64,000 bases of DNA from a virus. Position 1 is the first letter of the stretch; every line of letters starts with the position of its first letter. A program made the translations under genes and the position numbers. Shown here one piece after another: positions 18,145 to 26,048 of this stretch. The stretch lies in the IMG/VR virus record IMGVR_UViG_3300017971_000261, positions 16,268 through 80,267 of that record. The stretch is one strand, 5' to 3'. The notes beneath the pieces were generated by a model. That model saw nothing but the letters and a program-made list of their open reading frames with translations, had not been told where the DNA came from and ran no database searches.

Positions 18145-18356
18145 GTCGGGTGGCGAAATTGGCAGACGCGCAGCGACAAGCATTGGCGACAACTGTACCA
18201 GGCGTTGCCGTGCTGTCGACTCTACAACACCTTGCCGCCATCGAGTGGCGTACGACGCCACTGGTACCGGCGAACAGCCATGGCGGATGCCGTAGGGTCT
18301 ACATTGAGGACGCTGTGTCCCATAGGGGCGTGCTGGTTCGAATCCAGCCCCGGCCT
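18144..18356 (+). tRNA. tRNA-Leu-like gene with 128-nt insertion in the anticodon loop (GAG if insert 18176-18303 is removed)
   Basis: Acceptor GGTCGGG/CCCGGCC, D-arm GCG..TGG..CGC, anticodon stem CAGCG/CGCTG, long variable arm, T-arm GCTGG-TTCGAAT-CCAGC; U73; no CCA. Confidence 0.85.
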
Positions 18357-18391
18357 TTACTTCGCCCATTTTTTGCCGACTGGAGACAGAC

Positions 18392-19474
18392 ATGATCACA
18401 TTCGAAGTTTCGGATGCACCGCAAGTGAGGGGTCCTGCAACGGGCATCAACCCCAAGCAGTTCATCGAGGAGGGGCTGCTCAATGGCCCCATCGAACAGT
18501 GTTGCGATTATCAGGCGACACTCAGGCATGTCCCTACATCGCATCCCTTGTTCGGTGCGGCCTATGCTGCGTTCTGTGAGCACAAACCGCTGGTTCTCTC
18601 GCCGGACATGATCTGGATCACGATCATGCAGGGGTTGGCGAACCATATCAACCTCGACCCGGAGAAGTACAGACACCAGTTCGTGGAGCACGAAGGCAAA
18701 GAAGAGATCAAGATTCGTCATGACGGTCTTGTCAAAGGCAGCCCGGAGAATCCGTGGCACGAAGTAATCGGCATGTTCTCCGCTCAGCTGAGACCACGGA
18801 TCTTGAACAATGTTCACGATTATGTGGTCTGTGACTTCAGCACAACCGATCTCGTCGAGCGTGTTTCCTCAATCATGGTCTTGATGGATGCCATGCAGGG
18901 ATACTTCGACTACAGGGTGATGACTATCTGTGGTATTCCGAAGGTTACATTGGAGGGGGAACCGTCTGACTGGCAGGCAATCGCTGAGAGAGTCCCGAAG
19001 CTGAATGATTACGGCCTCGATTGGTGGACGCAGCGACTCGGGCCGGTGTGCGACGAGTTTGTGAAGGCCTCGCTCGGCGATGTCGACGAGGAACACTGGA
19101 TGAACATCTTCCAGGAACAAAGCATGGGAAGCGGCGGTCCTAACTTGTTTGGGTGGCTGTTCTACTTCTTGCCTTACACGAAAGACCATCAAACCAACGC
19201 CCCGACAGTCGTGAACCGGATGTTGACACAGCCGGAACGCAGACTGAGAAAAGGAAGCCATCGTGCTGGGCCAGGAGCGTCACTTGACACTGACGACATC
19301 CCGATGTCCCTTTCTAAGGTTCCCTTCATATGGGAATATCACGGGAATGTGTCCAATTACGAGTTCCTGGCGGGCATCATCGGAGCTACTGAGTCTGAAG
19401 AGGATTGCTCAATCCGACCGAAAGTCGGTTGGGCCGTCCGTCCGAAGCCGGAGGAACAGGCAGAACAAGCGTGA
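18392..19474 (+). CDS. DUF4419 domain protein
   Basis: HKPLVLSPDMIW, FVEHEGKEE, DFSTT, MDAMQGYFDY, CGIPKVTLEG..DW, GW motifs. Confidence 0.85.
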   Translation: MITFEVSDAPQVRGPATGINPKQFIEEGLLNGPIEQCCDYQATLRHVPTSHPLFGAAYAAFCEHKPLVLSPDMIWITIMQGLANHINLDPEKYRHQFVEHEGKEEIKIRHDGLVKGSPENPWHEVIGMFSAQLRPRILNNVHDYVVCDFSTTDLVERVSSIMVLMDAMQGYFDYRVMTICGIPKVTLEGEPSDWQAIAERVPKLNDYGLDWWTQRLGPVCDEFVKASLGDVDEEHWMNIFQEQSMGSGGPNLFGWLFYFLPYTKDHQTNAPTVVNRMLTQPERRLRKGSHRAGPGASLDTDDIPMSLSKVPFIWEYHGNVSNYEFLAGIIGATESEEDCSIRPKVGWAVRPKPEEQAEQA

Positions 19475-19554
19475 CTGACAGGTTCACGACTCGCAAGTAT
19501 CTACTGAAGGTGCGGCACAGGTGATGACAGGCTCTGCGGCCAGGAAACTTAGGA

Positions 19555-19974
19555 ATGCCGGATTGGGATCGTGTACATGACGTCATCCAGTCTCAACTGA
19601 AGATCGTTGCCGACGCTATTGTAGAACAGGGTAGCTCAGTCGACATCGAAATTCGGTTTGAGTCCGGGAAAACGAGCAGCGACTACTGTCATCTGCTGAC
19701 ATCTATCAAATTGATGCCACAGAGCCAAGATTGTATCGATCCAATCTTGTTGACCGTGAGCTTCGTGCCTGCTGGTGATGGCATGGTACAAGTGACAGGA
19801 GATGCTTCCGGAGAGAATCTGGGTGACATGATTGCCAGCTATGGCAGCATGGGTGCTGTACCGGACTTGGATGTATGGCTGCTATTCGCTGGCTGTCAGG
19901 TTGTAGGATACTTGGGGTCGCACATCAATGACATAACCAACGCATGCAGGGACCCCTCACGCACGAGCCCGTGA
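19555..19974 (+). CDS. Hypothetical protein
   Basis: 139-aa co-oriented ORF. Confidence 0.6.
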   Translation: MPDWDRVHDVIQSQLKIVADAIVEQGSSVDIEIRFESGKTSSDYCHLLTSIKLMPQSQDCIDPILLTVSFVPAGDGMVQVTGDASGENLGDMIASYGSMGAVPDLDVWLLFAGCQVVGYLGSHINDITNACRDPSRTSP

Positions 19975-19987
19975 CGAAAGGAATCAT

Positions 19988-20335
19988 ATGCGGGTTGAAC
20001 ATTGGAGAAGGAAAGTCTGCGAAGGTTTCGTAGATTACATTCACGGCGGTGGTTACATCATCGACGAGTTTGTAATACCTGATCTTCGATTGGTCGTCAA
20101 CAAAGAGGCCTTTTTCATACAAACGCCTGAGCAGTACACCCGTAAGGAAGAGGCAGAGAACGCCGAAGAATGGCAACCCAGGTTCGTTACGGCCGTAGAA
20201 GTCGAAGACGAGCAGGTCACCAACAACCTGAGAAGGCTCGCCGCATTCGCAGAGATGAAAGAGGAAGCGAAAAATGCTGAAACTCAAGTACTTACAGAAT
20301 TGAGTACCCGTTTCGGTGTGAATCTGTTGGATTAG
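19988..20335 (+). CDS. Hypothetical protein
   Basis: AAGGA RBS; 115 aa; ends 2 nt before a tRNA. Confidence 0.7.
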   Translation: MRVEHWRRKVCEGFVDYIHGGGYIIDEFVIPDLRLVVNKEAFFIQTPEQYTRKEEAENAEEWQPRFVTAVEVEDEQVTNNLRRLAAFAEMKEEAKNAETQVLTELSTRFGVNLLD

Positions 20336-20337
20336 TA

Positions 20338-20421
20338 GTCCCGGTGGTGGAACTGGCAGACACGCGGGCCCGAGGAGCCCGTGCTCGAAAGAGCGTGAGG
20401 GTTCGAATCCCTCCCGGGACA
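20338..20421 (+). tRNA. tRNA-Leu (anticodon GAG; unusual C33)
   Basis: GTCCCGG/CCGGGAC acceptor, CGGGC-CCGAGGA-GCCCG anticodon arm, long variable arm, TTCGAAT loop, A73, no CCA. Confidence 0.92.
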
Positions 20422-20447
20422 TTCATGCCGCAGTTCAAACGAATCTC

Positions 20448-20476
20448 TTGACATGAGCAGGATCATGTGGTATACT
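20448..20476 (+). promoter_or_regulatory. sigma70-type promoter with extended -10
   Basis: TTGACA-N17-TATACT preceded by TGG. Confidence 0.8.
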
Positions 20477-20608
20477 AGAAGCACGGATGAAGGTTCGCGC
20501 TCTGAGGTAACGGTAGCGATATAATGAGATGACGAATAAGGCAGAGCTGTAAAAAGAAAGGTGCCTGCCTCTGCTGTTTCGAATGTTAGTTTAACGGAGG
20601 AAACTAAC

Positions 20609-21391
20609 ATGACAGCAAGAAGCCGCAGACGATACAGCGAAAGCCAATTTCGTGAAGCCGTAAGAGAGTCGCGTTCAGTTGCAGAAGCATTGAGGAAACT
20701 TGGTCTTTCACCCCATGGCGGTGGAGGATATGAGTCATTCTACTCATATTGCGAGGAGACCGGAACGGATTGGAGCCATTTCAAGGGCCAGGGTTGGTTG
20801 CGTGGCGGTTCATGTTCGTGGTCTCAGTTCAAAGCAAGACCTCTTGAGGAGATATTAGTAGAAGATTCTACTTATCTTTCTACTGCCAATCTGAAGCGCA
20901 GGCTTATCAAAGAGGGCGTGTTTGAGGACAAATGTTACGAATGTGGTCTTAAGGAATGGCGTGGGAGCAAATTGCCGACTGAGCTGCATCATAAGAACGG
21001 CAACAGACGTGACAATAGGCTGTCCAACCTAATAATACTTTGTCGGAATTGTCACGGTCTAACACAGAATTTTCGCCAGCGTAACGGGAGATCGTCCAAT
21101 GGCGTCCTGGGACAACGGAAACACAAACCAGGGCGAAACAGAACAGGACGAAAACGAGAGCTTAATGACAGAACGTGCCCTACTTGTCATAAAGAATTCA
21201 GGCCTCGCCGTAGGGAACAGAGATTCTGTTCGTATACCTGCAGTTCTCTGTCGAGGCGAAAACGAGATCGGCCGAATAAGGCCGTCCTTTTGCGGATGGT
21301 TAACGAATCTTCTGTCTGTGCTGTCGCCAGGGACATGGGAGTATCGGACAACACTATACGCAAATGGATCAAATTCGGAGAAGACTGTTAA
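20609..21391 (+). CDS. HNH endonuclease with zinc finger and HTH (homing-endonuclease-like, between tRNAs)
   Basis: CYECG...ELHHKNGNRRDNRLSNLIILCRNCH; CPTC..FCSYTC; C-terminal HTH VARDMGVSDNTIRKW; GGAGG RBS. Confidence 0.9.
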   Translation: MTARSRRRYSESQFREAVRESRSVAEALRKLGLSPHGGGGYESFYSYCEETGTDWSHFKGQGWLRGGSCSWSQFKARPLEEILVEDSTYLSTANLKRRLIKEGVFEDKCYECGLKEWRGSKLPTELHHKNGNRRDNRLSNLIILCRNCHGLTQNFRQRNGRSSNGVLGQRKHKPGRNRTGRKRELNDRTCPTCHKEFRPRRREQRFCSYTCSSLSRRKRDRPNKAVLLRMVNESSVCAVARDMGVSDNTIRKWIKFGEDC

Positions 21392-21395
21392 ATTA

Positions 21396-21480
21396 GGCCC
21401 AGTGGCGAAACGGAAAACGCGGCACGCTCAAACCGTGTTGTCCCATCGTGGACTTGAAGGTTCGAATCCTTCCTGGGCTA
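21396..21480 (+). tRNA. tRNA-Leu (anticodon CAA)
   Basis: GGCCCAG/CTGGGCT acceptor, GCACG-CTCAAAC-CGTGT arm, long variable arm, GAAGG-TTCGAAT-CCTTC, A73, no CCA. Confidence 0.92.
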
Positions 21481-21501
21481 TTAAATTCAACAGGTGTAGT
21501 T

Positions 21502-22269
21502 ATGTCGGCCACCAAGGAAATCTACTCGAACTGCAGACTACTGTCTCCGGACGGTGTTCTCATGTGCTACTGCGGCCACGACAAGGTCAAGTGGTACTTG
21601 GACAGAGGCGTTGCAGAGGTCGTAGAGATACGGCCGCATCTAACGGTGCGTCTACTGTTCGAGCCTGAGGGTCTTGGCAAGGCCGGAGACCCCTTCTACC
21701 TGCAGGTGCGTGAGAACAAGTGCTGTGTGTGTGGTAGCAAGGAAGACCTAACGAAGCACCACGTTATTCCTTTGTGCTACAGAAGGCACCTGAATGGATC
21801 GCGAAACACGCACCATGATGTTCTGCCGATCTGTAGAACCTGCCACAACAAGTATGAGCGTGACTACGCGATCGAAGTAAGACAAAACTTCGCGAAGCGT
21901 TACAAGGCACCGCTGGGTGGTCTCGTTGGTGACGTTGATGCTGCAGTATTTGCACGCGTCAGCCGTTGTGCAAGTGCTCTGGTTCGATACGGCGACCGTA
22001 TTCCGGCAAACCGTCGTAACGAACTTCGGGATGTGATCGATCAGTTTCTCGGTCGTCTCGCTACGTGGGACGAAATCTTGGAGCTGTCGGAGAACTACCG
22101 AGAGCGTGATGACTATCTCAGCCATCCGGAGATCGTCGCACAGAAGATCACGGACTTGGATACGTTCTACAAGATCTGGAGACGACACTTCGTTCACACG
22201 ATGCGACCGCGCTTCTTGCCGGAGCACTGGTCCATCAATCGAAGTATCGTAGAGGAAACCATGAGCTGA
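21502..22269 (+). CDS. HNH-like protein resembling the C-terminal domain of eukaryotic EXD2
   Basis: YSNCRLLSPDG, WYLDRG, FEPEG, ENKCCVCG, HHVIPLCYRRH, HDVLPICRTCH, WRRHFVHTMRPRFLPEHWS. Confidence 0.8.
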   Translation: MSATKEIYSNCRLLSPDGVLMCYCGHDKVKWYLDRGVAEVVEIRPHLTVRLLFEPEGLGKAGDPFYLQVRENKCCVCGSKEDLTKHHVIPLCYRRHLNGSRNTHHDVLPICRTCHNKYERDYAIEVRQNFAKRYKAPLGGLVGDVDAAVFARVSRCASALVRYGDRIPANRRNELRDVIDQFLGRLATWDEILELSENYRERDDYLSHPEIVAQKITDLDTFYKIWRRHFVHTMRPRFLPEHWSINRSIVEETMS

Positions 22270-22568
22270 TGACGCATAGTGCTCACGATCCAATCAAGAT
22301 CGTCAAACTGCTAAGCCTGGGAGGGCCGTGCCCCACTCAGTGGGAAGCATGGGACGATCAGGGTCGTGAGTACTACATGCGTTATCGGTGGGGTCATCTG
22401 ACTTTCTGTCGTTGGGACGTGAGCCCTCCTGAATACTATCTGTCCGAGCAGATCGGAGACCAATATGATGGCATGTTAGACGATGACACCATGAAACAAC
22501 GTCTGATTGGCATCGTGGATTGGAGTGAATGCAAACAGGTCGACAACCGACCTGTTGATCCCTATTGA
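22269..22568 (+). CDS. Hypothetical phage protein
   Basis: TGATG-coupled start; CPTQWE..YMRYRWG motif. Confidence 0.75.
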   Translation: MTHSAHDPIKIVKLLSLGGPCPTQWEAWDDQGREYYMRYRWGHLTFCRWDVSPPEYYLSEQIGDQYDGMLDDDTMKQRLIGIVDWSECKQVDNRPVDPY

Positions 22569-22652
22569 GCCTCTGTGGCGGAACAGGCAGACGCGCGGAT
22601 TTTAAGAGTCCGTGTCCTTAGTGGCGTACAGGTTCGAGTCCTGTCAGGGGCA
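22569..22652 (+). tRNA. tRNA-Leu (anticodon TAA)
   Basis: GCCTCTG/CAGGGGC acceptor, CGGAT-TTTAAGA-GTCCG arm, long variable arm, ACAGG-TTCGAGT-CCTGT, A73, no CCA. Confidence 0.92.
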
Positions 22653-22654
22653 GT

Positions 22655-22906
22655 ATGAAGGCGAGCGTACCATTGGCCCTTAAGGATGCAGCCGACTTGA
22701 TGTCTTCCTTTCGGGATTTTAAGAAGGTAACTTTTCGTCCACAGGATGAAATAATCTTTCAATGCCTTGACCCCGGCATAGGTTACACAAGATGGAGGGG
22801 ACGAATAGGTTTGCGTTCTTTATGTGTACAAGAGGTATGGACGGATCATGAGCCTGAGGGCGTAAAGACATGGTTGCTTGCGGTCGAGAGAAAGCGTGAA
22901 GATTGA
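22655..22906 (+). CDS. Hypothetical protein (paralog of next gene)
   Basis: ALKDAADL ... TWLLAVE. Confidence 0.6.
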   Translation: MKASVPLALKDAADLMSSFRDFKKVTFRPQDEIIFQCLDPGIGYTRWRGRIGLRSLCVQEVWTDHEPEGVKTWLLAVERKRED

Positions 22907-23159
22907 TTTCAAACAGGCATTAACAGACGCTGCTGATTTGTTTTGTGCCTACATGTACTTGAAAATGCGATACGTCAGGGAACCAGACAGCATCGTAACC
23001 GGCAACCTTAAGCCAGAGAAAGGAACAATCAGGTTTACTCGCGGGAGAATGCAACTGCTGATCAAAGTGAAGTATGCTTCTTTGGCAGCAGATGCGACCA
23101 CTGGACTCTTCCCGCATACTTGGATTTTGGATGTCCAAAAGCAAGCCAAATCCGGATGA
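22896..23159 (+). CDS. Hypothetical protein (paralog of previous gene)
   Basis: GTG start; ALTDAADL ... TWILDVQ. Confidence 0.6.
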   Translation: MKIDFKQALTDAADLFCAYMYLKMRYVREPDSIVTGNLKPEKGTIRFTRGRMQLLIKVKYASLAADATTGLFPHTWILDVQKQAKSG

Positions 23160-25122
23160 GTACAGTGAAAAGTCAATCAAGATCCTTGAGGGTCTGACTG
23201 CTGTACGCAAGCGTCCATCCATGTATATCGGCGATGTCGGTCATGCCGGTCTCCATCATCTCGTTCAAGAAATCATCGACAACAGTGTAGATGAAGCACT
23301 TGCTGGGCACTGCACTGCAATACAGGTTGTTCTACACAAGAACGGCTCTTGTACGATCTCAGACAATGGCCGTGGCATCCCAGTCTACAAAATGAAGCAC
23401 GAGAACCCAAAGATCAACGGCAAGCCAGCCGCCGAGATCTGCCTGACTACTCTTCATGCCGGTGGTAAGTTTGACCGATCGATCTACAAGGTTTCCGGTG
23501 GATTGCATGGCGTCGGTGTCAGTGTTGTCAACGCCTTAAGCAAGTGGCTATGGCTTGAAGTAAAACGCGATGGCAAGATGTGGCAGATGGAATTCGAACA
23601 AGGCAAAACCACCAAACCGATGAAGTCCAAGGGTGCAACGAATGCAACTGGAACGACCATTCAGTTTCAGCCGGACCCGAAAATCTTCAAGAAGGATCGG
23701 ACCTTCTCATATGAGCTGTTACGGGATCGCTTGCGTGAACTTGCCTTCCTGAATGATGGACTCAGCATATCTATCAAAGACGAGAGAACTGGGAAAAAAG
23801 ATCGTTTCAAATTCAGGGATGGACTGAAACAGTTTGTCAAGGCGGTTGCCAGTGGAAGTGAGCCTATCCATCCCGTGCTTCGTCTTTCCGGCCGGGAAAA
23901 GGAAACCGGTCTTCAGATGGATCTGGCACTCCAGTATACCGATGAGTATTCAGAAAATACTCTCGTGTTTGCCAACAACATCCGCAACATGGATGGTGGC
24001 ACACATCTTTCTGGTTTGCGGTCTGCCCTGACACGTACCATCAACACCTATGGTAGAACTGCCGGTATCTTCAAGGATGGTATGAACCCAACAGGAGATG
24101 ATATACGAGAGGGTCTTTGTGCCGTTCTTTCTGTCCGAGTCCCGGAGCCACAGTTTGAGGCACAAACCAAAGTTCGCCTGATGAATCCGGAGGTAGGAAC
24201 CTTCGTAGAACAGACTGTAAACCGTCTCCTGTCCCAGTGGTTGGACTCAAACCCACATGATGCTAAGAAGATCGCCCTGAAGGGCCTGAGGGCCGCTAGA
24301 GCACGAGAAGCAGCCAGGAAGGCCAGAGAGCTGTCACGGAAGGGTTCCCAGGCCAAGGATGACATGCCAGCAAAGCTCTGGGATTGCACGAGCAGACGTG
24401 TCAGGGAGCGTGAGATCTTTTTGGTTGAAGGCGATTCGGCCGCTGGCAGTGCGAAGAGCGGCAGGGATAGTAAATTTCAGGCCATCCTTCCCTTGCGTGG
24501 CAAGATACTGAACGTTGAAAAGGCCAGAATCGACAAGGTCCTGTCAAACGAGGCCCTACGTCAAATGGTGACGGCAATCGGCTGCGGCATTGGACGTCTG
24601 GATTTTGATCTGAATAAGCGTAGATACGACAAGATCATTATCATGACAGATGCCGACGTTGATGGAAGCCATATCAGGACCTTGATCTTGACCTTCTTAT
24701 TCAGACACATGAGGCCACTGATAGAAGGTGGGCATGTCTATGTCGCGTTACCGCCGCTGTTCGAGATCAGAAAGAAAGGTGGCCGCAAAAGCATCTATCT
24801 AAAAGACGAATCAGACCTCAATAGATGGGCCCAATCTGAGGAAGTAGACATCAAGGAGTCAAAGGATTACGTGATGAAGCGTTTCAAGGGTCTCGGCGAG
24901 ATGAACGCTGAGCAGCTTTGGGACACCACCATGAATCCTGAGAATCGTCAACTTCAGAAGGTTGTCATGTGCGACAGGACGGATGATGAAAGTAGCATGG
25001 AATACCAGATGGATGCACGTGAGGCGGATCGAATGTTCAAGGTTCTGATGGGCTCAAATGCAGAAATACGAAGGACATACATCGAGGAAAACGCCTTGCA
25101 TGTTGGCCAGCTGGATGTCTGA
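23131..25122 (+). CDS. gyrB: DNA gyrase / type IIA topoisomerase subunit B
   Basis: VRKRPSMYIG, EIIDNSVDE, DNGRGIP, SGGLHGVGVSVVNALS, VEGDSAAG, PLRGKILNV, IMTDADVDGSHI, KRFKGLGEMN. Confidence 0.97.
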   Translation: MSKSKPNPDEYSEKSIKILEGLTAVRKRPSMYIGDVGHAGLHHLVQEIIDNSVDEALAGHCTAIQVVLHKNGSCTISDNGRGIPVYKMKHENPKINGKPAAEICLTTLHAGGKFDRSIYKVSGGLHGVGVSVVNALSKWLWLEVKRDGKMWQMEFEQGKTTKPMKSKGATNATGTTIQFQPDPKIFKKDRTFSYELLRDRLRELAFLNDGLSISIKDERTGKKDRFKFRDGLKQFVKAVASGSEPIHPVLRLSGREKETGLQMDLALQYTDEYSENTLVFANNIRNMDGGTHLSGLRSALTRTINTYGRTAGIFKDGMNPTGDDIREGLCAVLSVRVPEPQFEAQTKVRLMNPEVGTFVEQTVNRLLSQWLDSNPHDAKKIALKGLRAARAREAARKARELSRKGSQAKDDMPAKLWDCTSRRVREREIFLVEGDSAAGSAKSGRDSKFQAILPLRGKILNVEKARIDKVLSNEALRQMVTAIGCGIGRLDFDLNKRRYDKIIIMTDADVDGSHIRTLILTFLFRHMRPLIEGGHVYVALPPLFEIRKKGGRKSIYLKDESDLNRWAQSEEVDIKESKDYVMKRFKGLGEMNAEQLWDTTMNPENRQLQKVVMCDRTDDESSMEYQMDAREADRMFKVLMGSNAEIRRTYIEENALHVGQLDV

Positions 25123-25136
25123 TATGCAGGTTCCTT

Positions 25137-25165
25137 TTGACTTTCGGGCCAACGTGTGGTATAGT
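25137..25165 (+). promoter_or_regulatory. sigma70-type promoter with extended -10
   Basis: TTGACT-N17-TATAGT preceded by TGG. Confidence 0.7.
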
Positions 25166-25182
25166 AGAGGTAGGAGAACGGA

Positions 25183-25398
25183 ATGTACATATTGCCGATC
25201 ATAATTGGCATATACATAGTGATCGGTGTGATCATCGTCATTGCGATGATGTTCGACCGTGATATGCTTGTTTTCTTCTTCAACCCATCTGAGGCGTCCT
25301 ACGAGCATTCCTTCAAGCTGATCTTCTCTACGTTCCTCGCACCTGTTGCGTTGTTCGTTGGTGTATTGAAGGTCTGTGCTTCTCGATTAAGCAGCTGA
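25183..25398 (+). CDS. Small membrane protein (2 TM)
   Basis: AGGAG RBS; two hydrophobic segments. Confidence 0.7.
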   Translation: MYILPIIIGIYIVIGVIIVIAMMFDRDMLVFFFNPSEASYEHSFKLIFSTFLAPVALFVGVLKVCASRLSS

Positions 25399-26001
25399 TG
25401 CTGTATCCATCTCCCTGATGCGATCGATCAACTTCTCCAACCATAATCCAAGGGTTTGCAAAACTGATTCGGCCGAGGAAAGTGTAGATTTTGCAAGCTT
25501 AGACATGTAAGCAACATCATCATCGCTACGTTTAGGATCAGAAAGATCAACGATTTGAGGCATGAAGGTTTGCAGACTCAGATCTAGGATGGTTGTGTCT
25601 TTTGAAATGGACTCAACCAGACGTCGTATCGGCCAATGTTTCTCATATCCTGCTGATTCTATGTCCTGTTGAACTTTATCAAATGTTCCGCCGGACGAGA
25701 AGTGTTCGCCAAGAGCTTTCAGTATCGCATTTTTGATGTTACGGATTCTCCCCAATTCTTCCGATGTGATTCGCATCTTTTCTAGTAGCCCTTTGATGAT
25801 TTGAATCCCACGCTGCATTTCTAGGACGGACTGCCTACAGATCATCAGCTCGCCATTTCTGTAGCACATCTTATATAGCCCCTCCGCGAATCGATCGCGG
25901 GCCAGTTTTGACGAGATAATTTGTTTCATCACCACCCACCAAAACACTGTAACTTGATTCACTTTCATCCTTTGCTTCTGATCCTCCTGTATAATCAACA
26001 A
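25387..26001 (-). CDS. Hypothetical helical protein (start uncertain)
   Basis: 204-aa ORF filling the gap, convergent with the 25183 gene. Confidence 0.65.
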   Translation of the reverse strand: MLIIQEDQKQRMKVNQVTVFWWVVMKQIISSKLARDRFAEGLYKMCYRNGELMICRQSVLEMQRGIQIIKGLLEKMRITSEELGRIRNIKNAILKALGEHFSSGGTFDKVQQDIESAGYEKHWPIRRLVESISKDTTILDLSLQTFMPQIVDLSDPKRSDDDVAYMSKLAKSTLSSAESVLQTLGLWLEKLIDRIREMDTASAA

Positions 26002-26048
26002 CAGGGCATATCCGCCGAAAGGCCAATAAACTAGTAGAAGGAGACAGT

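Noticed and set aside
18144-18356. tmRNA or canonical group I intron
   Set aside because: It has a full D-arm and Leu-type body, lacks the G3-U70 alanine determinant (it has U3-G70) and a tag ORF, and the insert is short with no recognisable group I core.
18043-18579. ORFs overlapping the interrupted tRNA (and 19925-20422 minus over the second tRNA)
   Set aside because: Shadow frames of tRNA sequence with no protein motifs.
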